From: Octopus sinensis
Lineage: Eukaryota
Assembly: GCF_006345805.1 (NCBI RefSeq)
Contig: NC_043000.1
Location: forward strand, 145,638,001-145,702,000
Length of the DNA: 64,000 bases
Reading direction: 5' to 3'
In this document: in pieces, positions 1 to 13,116 of the stretch
Layout: each line of letters begins with the position of its first letter
Position numbering within the stretch: position 1 is the first letter of the stretch
The notes under the pieces: model-generated
The model's database searches: none
What the model was told of the DNA's origin: nothing
Seen by the model: the letters and a program-made list of their open reading frames with translations, nothing else
Position numbers and translations under genes: made by a program

Positions 1-1290
1 ATATCCTGTGAGTGACCGTACTGCAGATTATCTGCATATGTGTTTACTTGTATCAAACAGGTTTGTCTTCATGTATGTCACAAATACTTTCTCATATTTC
101 TCTATCTTTTCACAGTATTTTCATCAGTATCATCATTGCCATCTTCAACATCATCATAACCGCGCTCGTCGTCGTTTTTGTTGTCATCAACCCCAGAACC
201 ATCTAACAAATATAATATTTGTATCGGGAACAAAGATCGATACCAGTCTTAAAATTATTAACAGCTCACACTACATTCATCCCCATCGAGCTGTTGAGTA
301 TAGCTTTGGAAGTATTCACGCTATGTCTTCTTTCTTACGTGTTATTATTTGAATATTATCACATTGTGTTGCTGTACTATGTACTTTTTTCACAAACAAT
401 TCGATATTCTGTATATATCTGAATAGTTTGTAGCAAAATAAGATCTTTAATTTTGTATTGACAGACTGCTTACCATGCTGGCAAAAATGCCATCTTTTTA
501 AATGGCAACTTCAGCCCCACACTGACAAATAAACATTTAAACCCCTACACTCGTCTTTTCATTTTTCACATCTAAAACCTTATTGTTTTTAGGCTTTCTT
601 CTCAGCACTAAATTACACGTCTGTCGAACTTTCCTTTTCCAAATTATCTAGCTTAGCATCGTAAGAACAGTTGCATTGTTTAAGATGAAAAGTATGGATT
701 AAGTTTCCTACTGCACATTATCAGGGATCTAAATCAATTATAATTTTCGAAATATGCTATATTAGATATGTACGATATGCGCTTTTTATCTCGTGCCAGG
801 TCAGCTCTGATTGAATAGTTGTTTTACCAATTATGTTGCCAACATCACTACCTTATATTCCTTTGGATAAGTATATCTGAAACTATATCAGTCAATGTTT
901 AATATAATATGATAAAGAAGAAAAAAGTTGTCGCTGTTAATCTAGTAACGCCTACTAACAGATATAATTTTTACATCCAGTCTCCTAAATTTACATATAC
1001 GCAAATAGGACGTTCTTATGATCAAACATTAATGGCAATTTTATTTGCATAGACTCGTTCAACCTCTCTCCTTCCATCTCACATGCTATGATAAGTATCT
1101 TCATCATCTGGAAATTTAATTCAATAAATGGTTTCTTAAGCATAATATTAGTTGCTGCATTTTTTTTTGCATCTTCTAGAAATAAATTTCTATAAACTAT
1201 TGCTGCCGATGCCACTATTGCTTAACGAAATATCTAACAATGAATAATAAAGCGTAGAGGGAAAACTTATTTGATTAAGTATATATTTTA

Positions 1291-1677
1291 TCTTTTACTT
1301 GTTTCAGTCATCACGCTGGAGCACCACTTTGAAGAATTTCTAGTCGAATGAATCAGCCCCAGTACTTATTTTTTAAAGCCTGGTACATATTCTAACGATC
1401 TCTTCTACTGAACCACTAGTCTACTGTAACACAAACACACCAGCACCGGTTGTCAAGCGGTGGTGGTCGGGGCCAATCACACCCATGAAGACATGCGCAC
1501 ACATAAATATATGATTACACATATACGACAGACTTCTTTCAGTTTTCGTCTAGCAAATCCACTCACAAGGCTTTGGTTGGCCCGAGGCTACAGTGGAAGA
1601 CTCATGCCGAAGATGCCTCGCAGTAAGACTGAACCTGGAACCATGTAGCTGGGAAGCAACCTTTTTACTACATTGCC
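1291..1677 (-). mobile_element. tRNA-derived SINE, family A (degenerate)
   Basis: Similar to the copies at 24195, 26140 and 52279 (tcttttacttgtttcagtca...gcaccggttgtcaagc...gaacctggaaccatg); the tRNA-like head lies at the right end. Confidence 0.75.
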
Positions 1678-3379
1678 AAGTCATTTTGTATTTAAATTGG
1701 AATTATTTTGTGATAGCAAATTGAGCAACGCTATAACTTCAGTTTCAAAGTACTTCGACTTCAGGGTTTATAGACTAATTACCTTGGGCATTTCCAATCT
1801 TCCAATTTAAAGCAATAGCTTGGGACGTTTACCAAAAGCTGCCCAGTGCATTTTATTTCTAGATCCCTTTCATCAACAATTTTTGTATGGTTATTCTCTA
1901 GTATTGCATAGCTATTTATTCAAACTAAAAACTGGATAAAACTGAACTGTCGTAAAAGCTGTAGCCTCCTAATTAAATTAGATTGAAAATGCAAATTATT
2001 TATTTCTATATTTGTAATTATTCATTTAGATATTGTATTGGGGATGGAAATTAGGAATGTTGTTCCAAATTTACAATAAGGGTCGTAAAAGCTACCAGAA
2101 AAGATTAAGCTCTCAAGCCCGTCGATAATAGACAACATACGCATTTTTAATATATACATTATGATGTAAATGCAGTATGCAGGTGTGATAAATATTCTAA
2201 ACCTTAATGGTAGCAAACGTTCATATCTTGCTGTATTTAATAATTACTTTTAATGAAGTAGTGTATACTGGAATGCAGAATTTAAGAACGTAACTGATTG
2301 TTGTCTAATTCTTACACCAGATTACCTGCCATTCAAAATAGGATAGAATATTACGGTGACATAACGGTATATAATCTTATGTGCATTTTTTAAGAAATCT
2401 CCATATTTTGCCATGAAATTTCAATATAATTCGTTTGAAGTCTATTAACTTCTGCGTTTCGCGTTTTGTAATATCGCTATTGCTAAGGTGAATTGTTTTT
2501 TCATGCAAAATTTGTAAACAGGTACACTATTTGACAATTTAAAACTGTGCAGATAAGGACAGTAGAAGACGGCAGTAAATGATGAATGTTGCTCTCCTTT
2601 AATTTTCAATTTCCATCATTTGCTCGTTTTATTTATTCAAGAAGATTGACTTCAGTCAATGAAATCGGCTATACTCATTTCCCTTTCCAAGCTCGGCGAG
2701 CAGACAAAGACGTTATCGCATCTAATAAATTGGTTAGGGACACTTGTTCCCATTCATAAGGCTCTGAGCTCAAAATCCGCTCAGGTTTTCTGCCTTTCAC
2801 TGTCGTTAAAAGGTTGTAGAACTCAGGTAGTGAGATTAAAGTAATCAATAAATCCCCTCTTTTCAAATTTGTTGGCTATTGCCAACATCGGAAATTATTA
2901 CTACCTATAGATTTTCAGACGTGTGTAATTGTGCCTACTCTGTATTTTCATTAACTGCAATAATTTGTAGCTACACTCTTTACCGCGACTCTAGCACACA
3001 TATTTTAAAATATATTATGTCTCTACATATGTACTTGCAAATGTTAATAATAACGCAATCGTAAGGAAACTTCCTTAGCACTTGCGCACTTAATCAAGCC
3101 GCTTGCATTGTCACTTTAAGCGCATTCACTGAAATTACATACATTGTCAGAGTAAAAAACAGATCGAAAGGACAGAAAAATGCATTCGATGTCTTATGAA
3201 TACGCCATAACCGCAAATGGGATACTTTTGGTTGTAGATTTGATAGATTGATGTGAGCTTTGGGTTTAAAACAAAGCTATAAAATGGCAAAAACAGGCGC
3301 GCACGCATCCTAAAATTACACATACGACATATGTTTGTGTGCATAAATAAATAGACATATTCGTACATAGATGCATAAA

Positions 3380-3560
<181 letters not shown>

Positions 3561-4574
3561 CCATAACAATTATTCAAAATTATATAACACGAGAAAGTGC
3601 AATCACACTAAACAAAATATTTTTTTTTAAATAAGTAGAAAGAATATTTATCTCATAATGTAATCTTGCTATTCCCTATCTTTGTCCAACGGAATTTTTT
3701 ATGGACCATTAAATAAGTACTTTAAGGTATGCAACGCTAATTTCTGCAGACATATATAATAGTTATATTCCCTATAATGACTTTACTTCTGAAATTTGCT
3801 TTATCTTTACAGGCATCCAAGAATAGGATAGAATAAAACGTATCTCTATAAATATTATCTGTAATGTTTATCTCTAATGGTACTAGAGTAAGAATGTAAT
3901 AGAAAATGATTATTTCTTATATTTTGGCATCTTCTCTTACTTTCTTGGAAATAAATGTTAATTTATTAGTAAACATCTATTATTTGTAATTATGATACGA
4001 TAGTAGATTGGCAGAAGCGTTAGAACATCCGGTAAAATCGCTAGCTATATTTAGTTATCGACATTTCAATAATGATTTCATATCACATCGAAATCAGTGG
4101 TATGAGACAAATTCTTTGACTTATCTTTCTGCACAAATTTATAGATCTGTACCTGTTAAAAAATATTATATGTGTCCATGATAATTGTAACGAGGCGAAA
4201 ATGCAAGCACTAACAGACTGAAGGCATTCCGAGTTCCAAACCAGTTCTACCTGGACTCTATTACACATATGGTTTGAAAGGAACGCATAATAATTTTATC
4301 GGATATTTGCCTACAAGTCTATTTATCGTTCGTATGAATTTCAAGTTTTAATAATATTGCAATCTTCTGAGTTAATATCGTTATTTTCTTCACCCAGGTG
4401 AAGTTTGCCTAGCCTCCTTTGGTTGTGAATAAAATAAAATGTTTATTCTAGTATTACAGTCGAGCTCATTGATTAACCCCCGTCCCATCAATACCGCCTA
4501 TGTCACATCCCAGTTATTTTCATATCCTTATATGCACTAGTTCTTATAATATGATACGTACCAACTGTCGGTGA

Positions 4575-4720
4575 GTTGTATGAATCGTAAGGAAGTCGGA
4601 AGCACGCTTTGCCTTAATCGTTCCAGCTTTTACCTTCTCAGTTCAAATCCTGCTGATGTCAAGTTTGCATTTCATCATTTTGAGGCCGATAAGATAACGA
4701 GTGAATCAAGTACTGAGATT
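4575..4720 (+). mobile_element. degenerate SINE fragment, family B
   Basis: ctcagttcaaatcctgctgatgtcaagtttgcatttcatcattttgaggccgataa resembles the family-B core ctgagttcaaattccgccgaggtcgactttgcctttcatcctttcggggtcgataa. Confidence 0.55.
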
Positions 4721-6844
4721 TTATGTCAGTGGAAATCCACACCCATCTAAATATGTGTAGATCAAATACAGTTATTTGTCATATTACTAATGCATTAGAA
4801 GTAATTACCAACTCCTCCTAAATTTACAAATCAAAAGAAAAAAATTCTGTGAGGATGCAACTATACGGATATGGTTCCTCTTAGCATTTAGCAGTATAAC
4901 ACGTGATATAGTTAACCTGTTATGCAGTAGGAGCGCGAGAGCAGACGTGCTGTATGAGAGCAATATTTGCTTTCTATTTCTCAAAAGATGCGGTAGTGAT
5001 TACCTCTAAAGTCTAATTGATGTTTAATTTCAGCCTCTCTGTGATGTTGGTTGACATTCGAGATATAATATGATCGGGAAAAGCTCTTGTGATGTGTTAT
5101 GTTGAGGCATTTGGTACATTTTTAATATTGTTTAAGCCGATGACTATTATGCCATGAAGCAAAAGAGAACGAGGACGAAAGGATAAATCATAATCAGTCG
5201 TTAAACAATTTAGATGAATTTTCTAGACATTCCGAGTGAATTCGGAAATAATTTCTTCAATGCAATGTAGAATATTTTCATTTATAACATCTGTACCGCC
5301 TAACATATATGAGAAGTAATCTTCAGGATAAATATCGTGCAGTTAAAATGTCAGTGATCGCTGTTCAGATATAACATTATGATTTGACCTTGAGCAAAAG
5401 AACTAGATGTTGACAATACATCTTCTGTTCTTGAAACTATATTCTTTAATGCGATACCATAAACATTAGCATTTTGAAGAATATGAGAAAATTATTGCCA
5501 ATAGGTAGCAAAGGACAGTACTGTAAATCCATGCGCCATAAATGCGTAACGGTCTATGTTTCTGTATTTAGATCTCACGTACTAAATGTTTTATTAAAAA
5601 AGTAATGGAAGCATTTCTGGCATTTTCCAGTTTTCATGTAGCTGATTATGTAAATTAAGACCTATTGAAGTAAATCTTCTAGTTTCATAAATAGATTCTA
5701 CAAGGTATGTCCTACTTGCACAGCATCAGTAAAAGGCTTGGAGTTGAAAAGGAAATGAAAATAATTTGACTTATAGCATTTTTCATTTTTCACAACTGAC
5801 TTATTTTGACTCCATCAAACAAGGAATATAGGGTATGCAAAATAGATGCATATGAGTGTCAGAGGAAGCATTGCTAAATCAATAAGGCAGTATCAGGAAA
5901 TTATGTATGCGACGACCCCTTTGGTGAGTGACAGTTGGCCTGATTTCCAGCTGCGTATGGAATAAAAACGTGTGAATACTAACTGCAAATATTTTCATAA
6001 TATTTCTGTGTACAGTATTTATTCGAACATAGCTGCGAAAGAGATAGTTTTAGCTTGCTGGACACCTCTAATTTCAACTCCACTAGAAAATGTCATGACA
6101 AGTGCATTAGTGAAATGATTCTTTGATGAATCACCTCTCGTGGCTTCTTCCCAAAAAGATATGCAAAAAAGTACACATTATTTGGATAATCCAGAAATGG
6201 CTTTCAACTTCTGTAAAAGGATTGAAGATTTGTATCAACTTGAAGCTAGTGAGACGGAACGTGATCTTTCAAGCATTAGGATTATAAAACAGACTCTGAA
6301 TTTGGTGAATATTTTTCTTTTATTTAAGCTTACACTATTCCCGATAAAAGAATGTATGCGAAGGCAGATCACTCCACAAAACCGAGGATTTTCAGGATAC
6401 TCAATAAACGACTGTTCAAAGTTCGAACCCAAAAATAAATCGATTAGTAAAAGACGAAGTTCCAAGCAGAAATATTATTCTCTATACTGGGAGCAGGTGC
6501 AATCTACCCAGTGAATCAATGACTCGTACATAGCTGCTGGTTATGACTATTCTCTCTTACTAGTATGAACACATAAACACACAGACACAGACACACACAG
6601 AGAAACACACACATACATATATGGACGTAAAACCCTCGTACTTTATGTTTTTTTCTTTGTATCTCATGTAAATTTGTTCTGTCAGTATATAAATATCTAA
6701 CTGCCTATGCAATAGTATTTATCTTCTGAATATTTTCAGTTTTTCTCTCTGTTCATATATATATCCACATACATATTTACGTTTGTATTATTTATATATC
6801 AAGTCCAAGCGTGCTTATTTACACCAATATCTCCCGTCTCTTTT

Positions 6845-6895
<51 letters not shown>

Positions 6896-7078
6896 ACGTG
6901 TGTGTATGTGTGTGTGTGTATGTGTGTGTTTGCTAGAAAAAAAAACAGTAACATGTAATAATACCTCAAAAGGTTTAGGACCACGAAAAGGGAGGCAATA
7001 TCAGACAGTCACCTATGGATATATATATATATATGTATATATATTATATATATATATTATATATATATATATATTATA

Positions 7079-7503
7079 CTAGCAGTATAGCCTGGCATTG
7101 CTCGGATTTGTTTTTTAGTTGCGCTTAAAACGGCAGATTTTGATGTCGCGTTAACAAAGTTTTGACATAGTTTCAATCTTTTAAGTAAAATATTTACATT
7201 ATGTAGCTTGTTATTGTCTTTAAGTGAACATTTTTCTGGTTAAAATACACCGAAAAATAGCGACACAGTAGTCAAAAAATCGTAAATAACAGGGATATTC
7301 ATAGAAAAAAAGCACCTTTTTGATGTAGATAATTTTTGGTGTTAACATGGTCCGATTTTTTCTTCTACGGAAGGAAGAGCAAGACGTCTTCTATCATACT
7401 CTCAATTTTGGTGAACTTGCGCCGCAGGGTCTCGGAGGAGATAGTGTTAGTTGAAGGCTACCAAATCTGCCATACACAGACAATTTCAGCTTTATATATA
7501 TAT
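7079..7503 (-). mobile_element. non-autonomous Helitron-like element
   Basis: The minus-strand 3' end reads ccgagcaatgccaggctatactgCTAG|t (GC-rich subterminal segment plus CTAG); the other end merges into (TA)n; non-coding. Confidence 0.6.
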
Positions 7504-7537
<34 letters not shown>

Positions 7538-7541
7538 TATA

Positions 7542-8516
7542 TATAAGCGAGAAAGAAGCAACAAGAATGGATAGGTTTTTAGTACGATCGTTTCAAACAA
7601 GGACAGGTTTTATTAAAAGTTGCAAAGATTACAGCATATAACGAGTCCCGTACTCATCAGCTAAAATACATGTAAGTTCTCTAGACATCCTAGTGTTTGA
7701 GGCTATACTCATGAAGTAATATAGATAATTAAACAGATTTCTAAAGTTCATTAAAGTTCTTTAAAGATGATGTACAGTCTTATCACAGAATTTTAAAAAA
7801 GTTTTGATAGCATCACAGAGAAGGTGACCTAATCCATATGAATTTCCATAGATATGATGAGGGATTATATACTCACAGAAGACAAATTTATCCATTGTTA
7901 ATTACAACGAGGTGGGTCTCAATTCCTGCTTATTAGCATTACAGAGAGGGTGAATTAATCCTTTGTATATATGCACAGATTCCAATGGTGTAGATGTAAA
8001 TTTCCAGAGAAATGGAGATGAATTCATATTCACAGGCGATAAATTTTACAATGGTTGAACACAATGAGGTAGGTATCAATCCTTGTTATATGATTAGGTG
8101 TTTGCCACATTAATCACATTACTGCTATTCACAGAGGCTGTAGCTATTTAACTCTTAAGGCTGAAGGGCTTACTAGATCGGCCAAGAATAGAGAAGGGAA
8201 TAGAAGAAAAGAGAGAAAATAATGGAGGAGGGAGCAAAAGGGGGGGGGAGATGGGGACTAAAAGGGAAGAGAAAAGGAAACAGAGAATAAGAAGAAGAAA
8301 AGAAAAAAAGAGAAAAGAAAGAAATAGGAAAGAAGGGAAAAAAGAAAAAGAAAAAAAGAGAGGGTTCTAGCTATACAGAAGAGTTAGTAGACTGTAAGTC
8401 TGGTTTTAATCAACAGGCATCTAGGAACTAGAGGAGAATATTATTCTTTGACCAGTAAACCGTTAATTTATTGCTGTTGAAATCAGCTATGAGTTTAAAG
8501 AGAATCTAAAGAGATA
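7542..8516 (-). repeat. 5' pseudo-LTR, inverted copy of 12022-13004
   Basis: The reverse complement matches 12022-13004 along its whole length, with scattered 1-nt indels and a few substitutions. Confidence 0.95.
7577..7666 (-). ncRNA. type I hammerhead ribozyme (5' pLTR copy)
   Basis: Minus strand: TTTTAG-CTGATGA-G(stem II ~58 nt)-GAAAC-GATC-GTA-CTAAAA. Confidence 0.8.
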
Positions 8517-8590
8517 TTGCTCTTTATTGCTCTTTGAATATATTCCCATACAGTTTGTATGTTTTTCTGGTACTTAATTTCTCAACAAGA

Positions 8591-11432
8591 ATGGAAAAAG
8601 TAAACATTGAGTTCTCCCCTAAAGACATCCCCTTACATAGTATAGATGAATATAATTGGCTTCTCATTCATAGGATTAACGATTTCATTAGAAGAATCAG
8701 GTGGAAAACGTACCATTTTGATGTCAAACAGAAGAAGAAACCTCAGGAAATGAATACCGAAAAGAATTTTAGAAGAATTTTTAAAAGTAGAAAAAGCCCA
8801 CCTCAGAACCCATTCCTGGAGACCTTTGAGAAAGACTTGCTGAATCTTATAGATGATATTAGCTTCAATGAACACCCGTTAAGATATAACCCTCACCTTA
8901 GACACCTTAGGAACTTTATTCAGTCAACCCGGTGCAAACATGGAATCCTTGTACCAGCAGATAAAACGGGTAATATGTATAGAGTTGATTACGATATTTA
9001 TAGCAAATTAATTAGGAAAGAACTAAACTCCAAATATAAAATTACAACTAAGAACAATTTGAAAAAAGTAAACATGGAAATGAAAGAGATCATGGAGAAA
9101 CTAAATTTAACTGATAGAACGGAGCCACTTAAACCCTGTGAGCCCAGGATCAACCTTAAAGACCACAAAAAGGACTTCTTGGATAACCCTTCAGTAAGGC
9201 TGATCTGTCCAACTAAGTCGGACATTGGCCGACTTAGTAAATCTATCCTGGATACTGTTCTACCCCAAATAACCCCTCTTCTCCCCTTAAACCTATGGCT
9301 AAGTACCGACGAAGTTCTAAAATGGTTTAACTCTCTAACTAATACTAGTAGTCTGTCCTTTATTCAGTTCGATATTAATAGTTATTACTCTAGCATTTCC
9401 CCTATCTTACTCAACAAATCACTAATATTTGCCATGAATCGCTCCCTCATAACTAGAGAAGAAATCAATATTGTGCTACTAGCTAGGAAGACATTTATTG
9501 AATTTGAAGATAAATTATGGACTAGAGCAGATACACCAAATTTTTTTGATATACCAATGGGTTCCAGTGATTCGGCTGAGGTAACCAACCTAGTAGGCGC
9601 ATATCTATTAAAATGCATAAGCAAGGATATCCCAGAAATACAGGGGGTCTATATAGGGATGATGCTCTGTTTGTTATCCCTAGTAATAATAAATCTGTTA
9701 TAGAAAGGATTAGAAAGAAAATTAATAAGTTCTTTAAGGATTTCAACCTCAGTATAACGTATGAACCGGGCACTAAAATAGCTAATTTCCTAGATATTAC
9801 CCTAGACCTTAACTCCAAGCTACATTACCCATTTAGAAAGGAAGGCGAAGTCACGAATTACGTAAATAAATTATCAAATCATCCCCCAAATATAATAGAA
9901 TCTTTAGTAAGAAATATTTCATTAAGAATTTCAAAATTATCATCCAATAAGGATATATTTAACTCCCATTCTGAGCATTATAATGTGGCGTTAACTAAGG
10001 CTGGATACAACCAAAAGATTACATTCGTTGATAAGGAGAACTCACGTATTCCTAATAATGAAGTTATCAGTAATCACGTAAGCAGCAAAAAAGACCAAGC
10101 CCGAAATAGAAGTAGAATTAAATTAACGGTAAACGCTAATCTAGAGTATAGGCCCAACAATTCAAATAGAAGCATTGACCAGAACATAGGTAACTCGGAT
10201 AAGATTGAAGTAGATAAACCTAAGATGCACACAAATAAAAATAAAAATAATGGTAATAAATGCAATAACTCCGGTGAGATGAATAGTAGTAATTCTACGA
10301 ACCCTAAATTTTATAAAAAAGATATATTATGGCTGAATATTCCTTTCAACTGTGCGATACAATCGGATATACAGAACAAATTCAAAGTGATTCTGGAAAA
10401 AAATTTCCCTATCTCTCATAGATATCATAGAATTATTTCTAGGAAAACAGTTAGGATTTCTTATTCAACCCTCCCAAATATGTCCACTTTAATAGCTAAA
10501 ATTAATAATAACAACATTAAACTAGCCAGGAAAGATAGAAATAAAAATAATAATATCAGAATGAATACCAATAGCAATAACAATAATACTACCAACAATA
10601 AAAACAGCAATAGGAACTATCAAAACATAGGTGAAATTAGTAACCACAGAATGACTAATAACATTAACATTAATAGTAATAATAATAATGCCGATATTAA
10701 TAGAAGTAATATGTTAATAATAGAAATAATAGAAATAAGGCTAATGGAGAAAATAAGGAGAATGAAAATATCAGTGATATCTATAACAATAATATACAGT
10801 TGGATAAAAAGACTAACAATAATAATAACATTACGAATAATATAAGAAATCTTGGTAGGACTTTACACCTAAATAATGAAACAGAAGGATCAATAAATAA
10901 TAACAATACTTTAGATATCAGCACCAACTATAGAAATGATAATCAAAATAATAGGAACCTTAAACATCTACCCAGGAATAATCCAAGGCCTGAAGTTGTT
11001 CCTCCTGTGTGTAAGTGTAGAATAAAATCAAAATGCCCGGCACCTGGTCTATGTAGGGAAAATAATGTAATCTATAAATGTACCATATCCACGGAGAATA
11101 ACAAATATTTTTATATTGGCTGTACAATTAATTTTTTAGCTAGAGTTAGAAATCACATCTCGACTTTTAAATTACGTCATAAAGCTGGTACCACCACACT
11201 TTCAAACAAAATCTGGGAACTCAAAAATAATAATAAAAATTATACCCTTAATTGGGAAATAGTTAGGAGAGCAATTCCGTATAAAAATAGTAGGGTTGGT
11301 TGTCAACTATGCTCCATGGAGACGTACGAAATTCTAAAGCATAGTAAACATAGAAACTTATTGAATAACCATATCGAACTAGGTCAAGTTTGTGTCCACG
11401 CTAAATTGAAGACTTTAAAATATTTTAAATGA
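8591..11432 (+). CDS. PLE reverse transcriptase + GIY-YIG endonuclease (~947 aa if two -1 frameshifts near 9643-9647 and ~10711 are repaired)
   Basis: N-terminal FSPKDIP; RT motifs QFDINSYYSSI, PMGSSDSAEV and GLYRDD; thumb NFLDITLDL and SNHPPNII; CKCR..CP..G.C followed by VIYKC...FYIGCT..R..NH, CQLC and LLN. The three ORF-track pieces (8534-9703, 9613-10845, 10800-11432) are collinear. Confidence 0.92.
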
Positions 11433-12021
11433 TTGGAATATTCATAACTAGATAGATAGATATAACTTGATTTCTACTAGTATAGCACTGCTTTAAGTAG
11501 ATAACTAAGAGTTCTCACATTACAGTTATCTTTATCTTTTTCCTTATATCTGCATCAGTTTTTTGAGAACAGGGAAATGAATAGTACTTATTCGCTACTT
11601 AATTGAGGCTTTATTTAATTTCAAACTCACAATTTTTAAATTCTTAATTTTAAATCTTAATTGTAATATTTAATTTTAATTCCTAACTTAATCTAATTTA
11701 AATAGCATAACTCTAATAAATTATAATTAGTTACTGTAGCCCCATAATTCTATTTCATAATTAAATAAATAAGGCTATTCCTTCGGTGATAATATGATTA
11801 TCTTCATTATGATAAACAATCCCCTAACACCTTGTAAATGATCTTATAAGATTTGACCTGTAGTCAGTCAATGTATGAATAATAACGACAACTCCTTAAG
11901 ACGATAATATGAATAAATTAAATAAGTAAATTTTTAATGACTTTTTGATAAGATTATACTTAGATTTTCCTAATGTATTTTCTGGTGTTTTAGCATCTGA
12001 CCCCTTAACCCCTGACTGTGT

Positions 12022-13116
12022 TATCTCTTTAGATTCTCTTTAAACTCATAGCTGATTTCAACAGCAATAAATTAACGGTTTACTGGTCAAAGAATAATAT
12101 TCTCCTCTAGTTCCTAGATGCCTGTTGATTAAAACCAGACTTACAGTCTACTAACTCTTCTGTATAGCTAGAACTCTCTCTTTTTTTCTTTTTCTTTTTT
12201 TCCCTTCTTTCCCTATTTCTTTCTCTTTTCTCTTTTTTCTTTTTCTTCTTCTTATTCTCTGTTTCCTTTTCTCTTCCCTTTTAGTCCCCCTCTCCCCCCC
12301 CCCTTTTTGCTCCCTCCTCCATTATTTTCTCTCTTTTCTTCTATTCCCTTCTCTATTCTTGGCCGATCTAGTAAGCCCTTCAGCCTTTAAGAGTTAAATA
12401 ACTACAGCCTCTTGTGAATAGCAGTAATGTGATTAATGTGGCAAACACCTAATCATATAACAAGGATTGATACCTACCTCATTGTGTTCAACCATTGTAA
12501 AATTTATCGCCTGTGAATATGAAATTCATCTCCATTTCTCTGGAAATTTACATCTACACCATTGGAATCTGTGCATATATACAAAGGATTAATTCACCCT
12601 CTCTGTAATGCTAATAAGCAGGAATTGAGACCCACCTCGTTGTAATTAACAATGGATAAATTTGTCTTCTGTGAGTATATAATCCCTCATCATATCTATG
12701 GAAATTCATATGGATTAGGTCACCTTCTCTGTGATGCTATCAAAATTTTTTAAAATTCTGTGATAAGACTGTACATCATCTTTAAAGAACTTTAATGAAC
12801 TTTAGAAATCTGTTTAATTATCTACATTACTTCATGAGTATAGCCTCAAACACTAGGATGTCTAGAGAACTTACATGTATTTTAGCTGATGAGTACGGGA
12901 CTCGTTTATATGCTGTAATCTTTGCAACTTTTAATAAAACTGTCCTTGTATGAAACGATCGTACTAAAAACCTATCCATTCTTGTTGCTTCTTTCTCGCT
13001 TATAATCACCCCACATTACTGTATTGTTAAATCAGTATAGTTTTTTTTGGTGCATCTAAGTTAGGTACCATATTCAAGTAAATTTTTTTAAATTAACTTG
13101 AATCTTTATTGCTCTT

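Noticed and set aside
8-352. His-rich + strand ORF, and the antisense acidic frame 102-202 (DGSGVDDNKNDDERGYDDVEDGNDDTDENTVKR*) behind a tttgttAG acceptor
   Set aside because: Best explained by a decayed (CAT/GAT)n repeat; no recognisable domain and no linked upstream exon, although a terminal exon cannot be fully excluded
8591-11432. Programmed -1 frameshifting or selenocysteine recoding in the PLE ORF
   Set aside because: No canonical X XXY YYZ slippery heptamer at either break and no in-frame TGA; single-base loss is the simpler explanation
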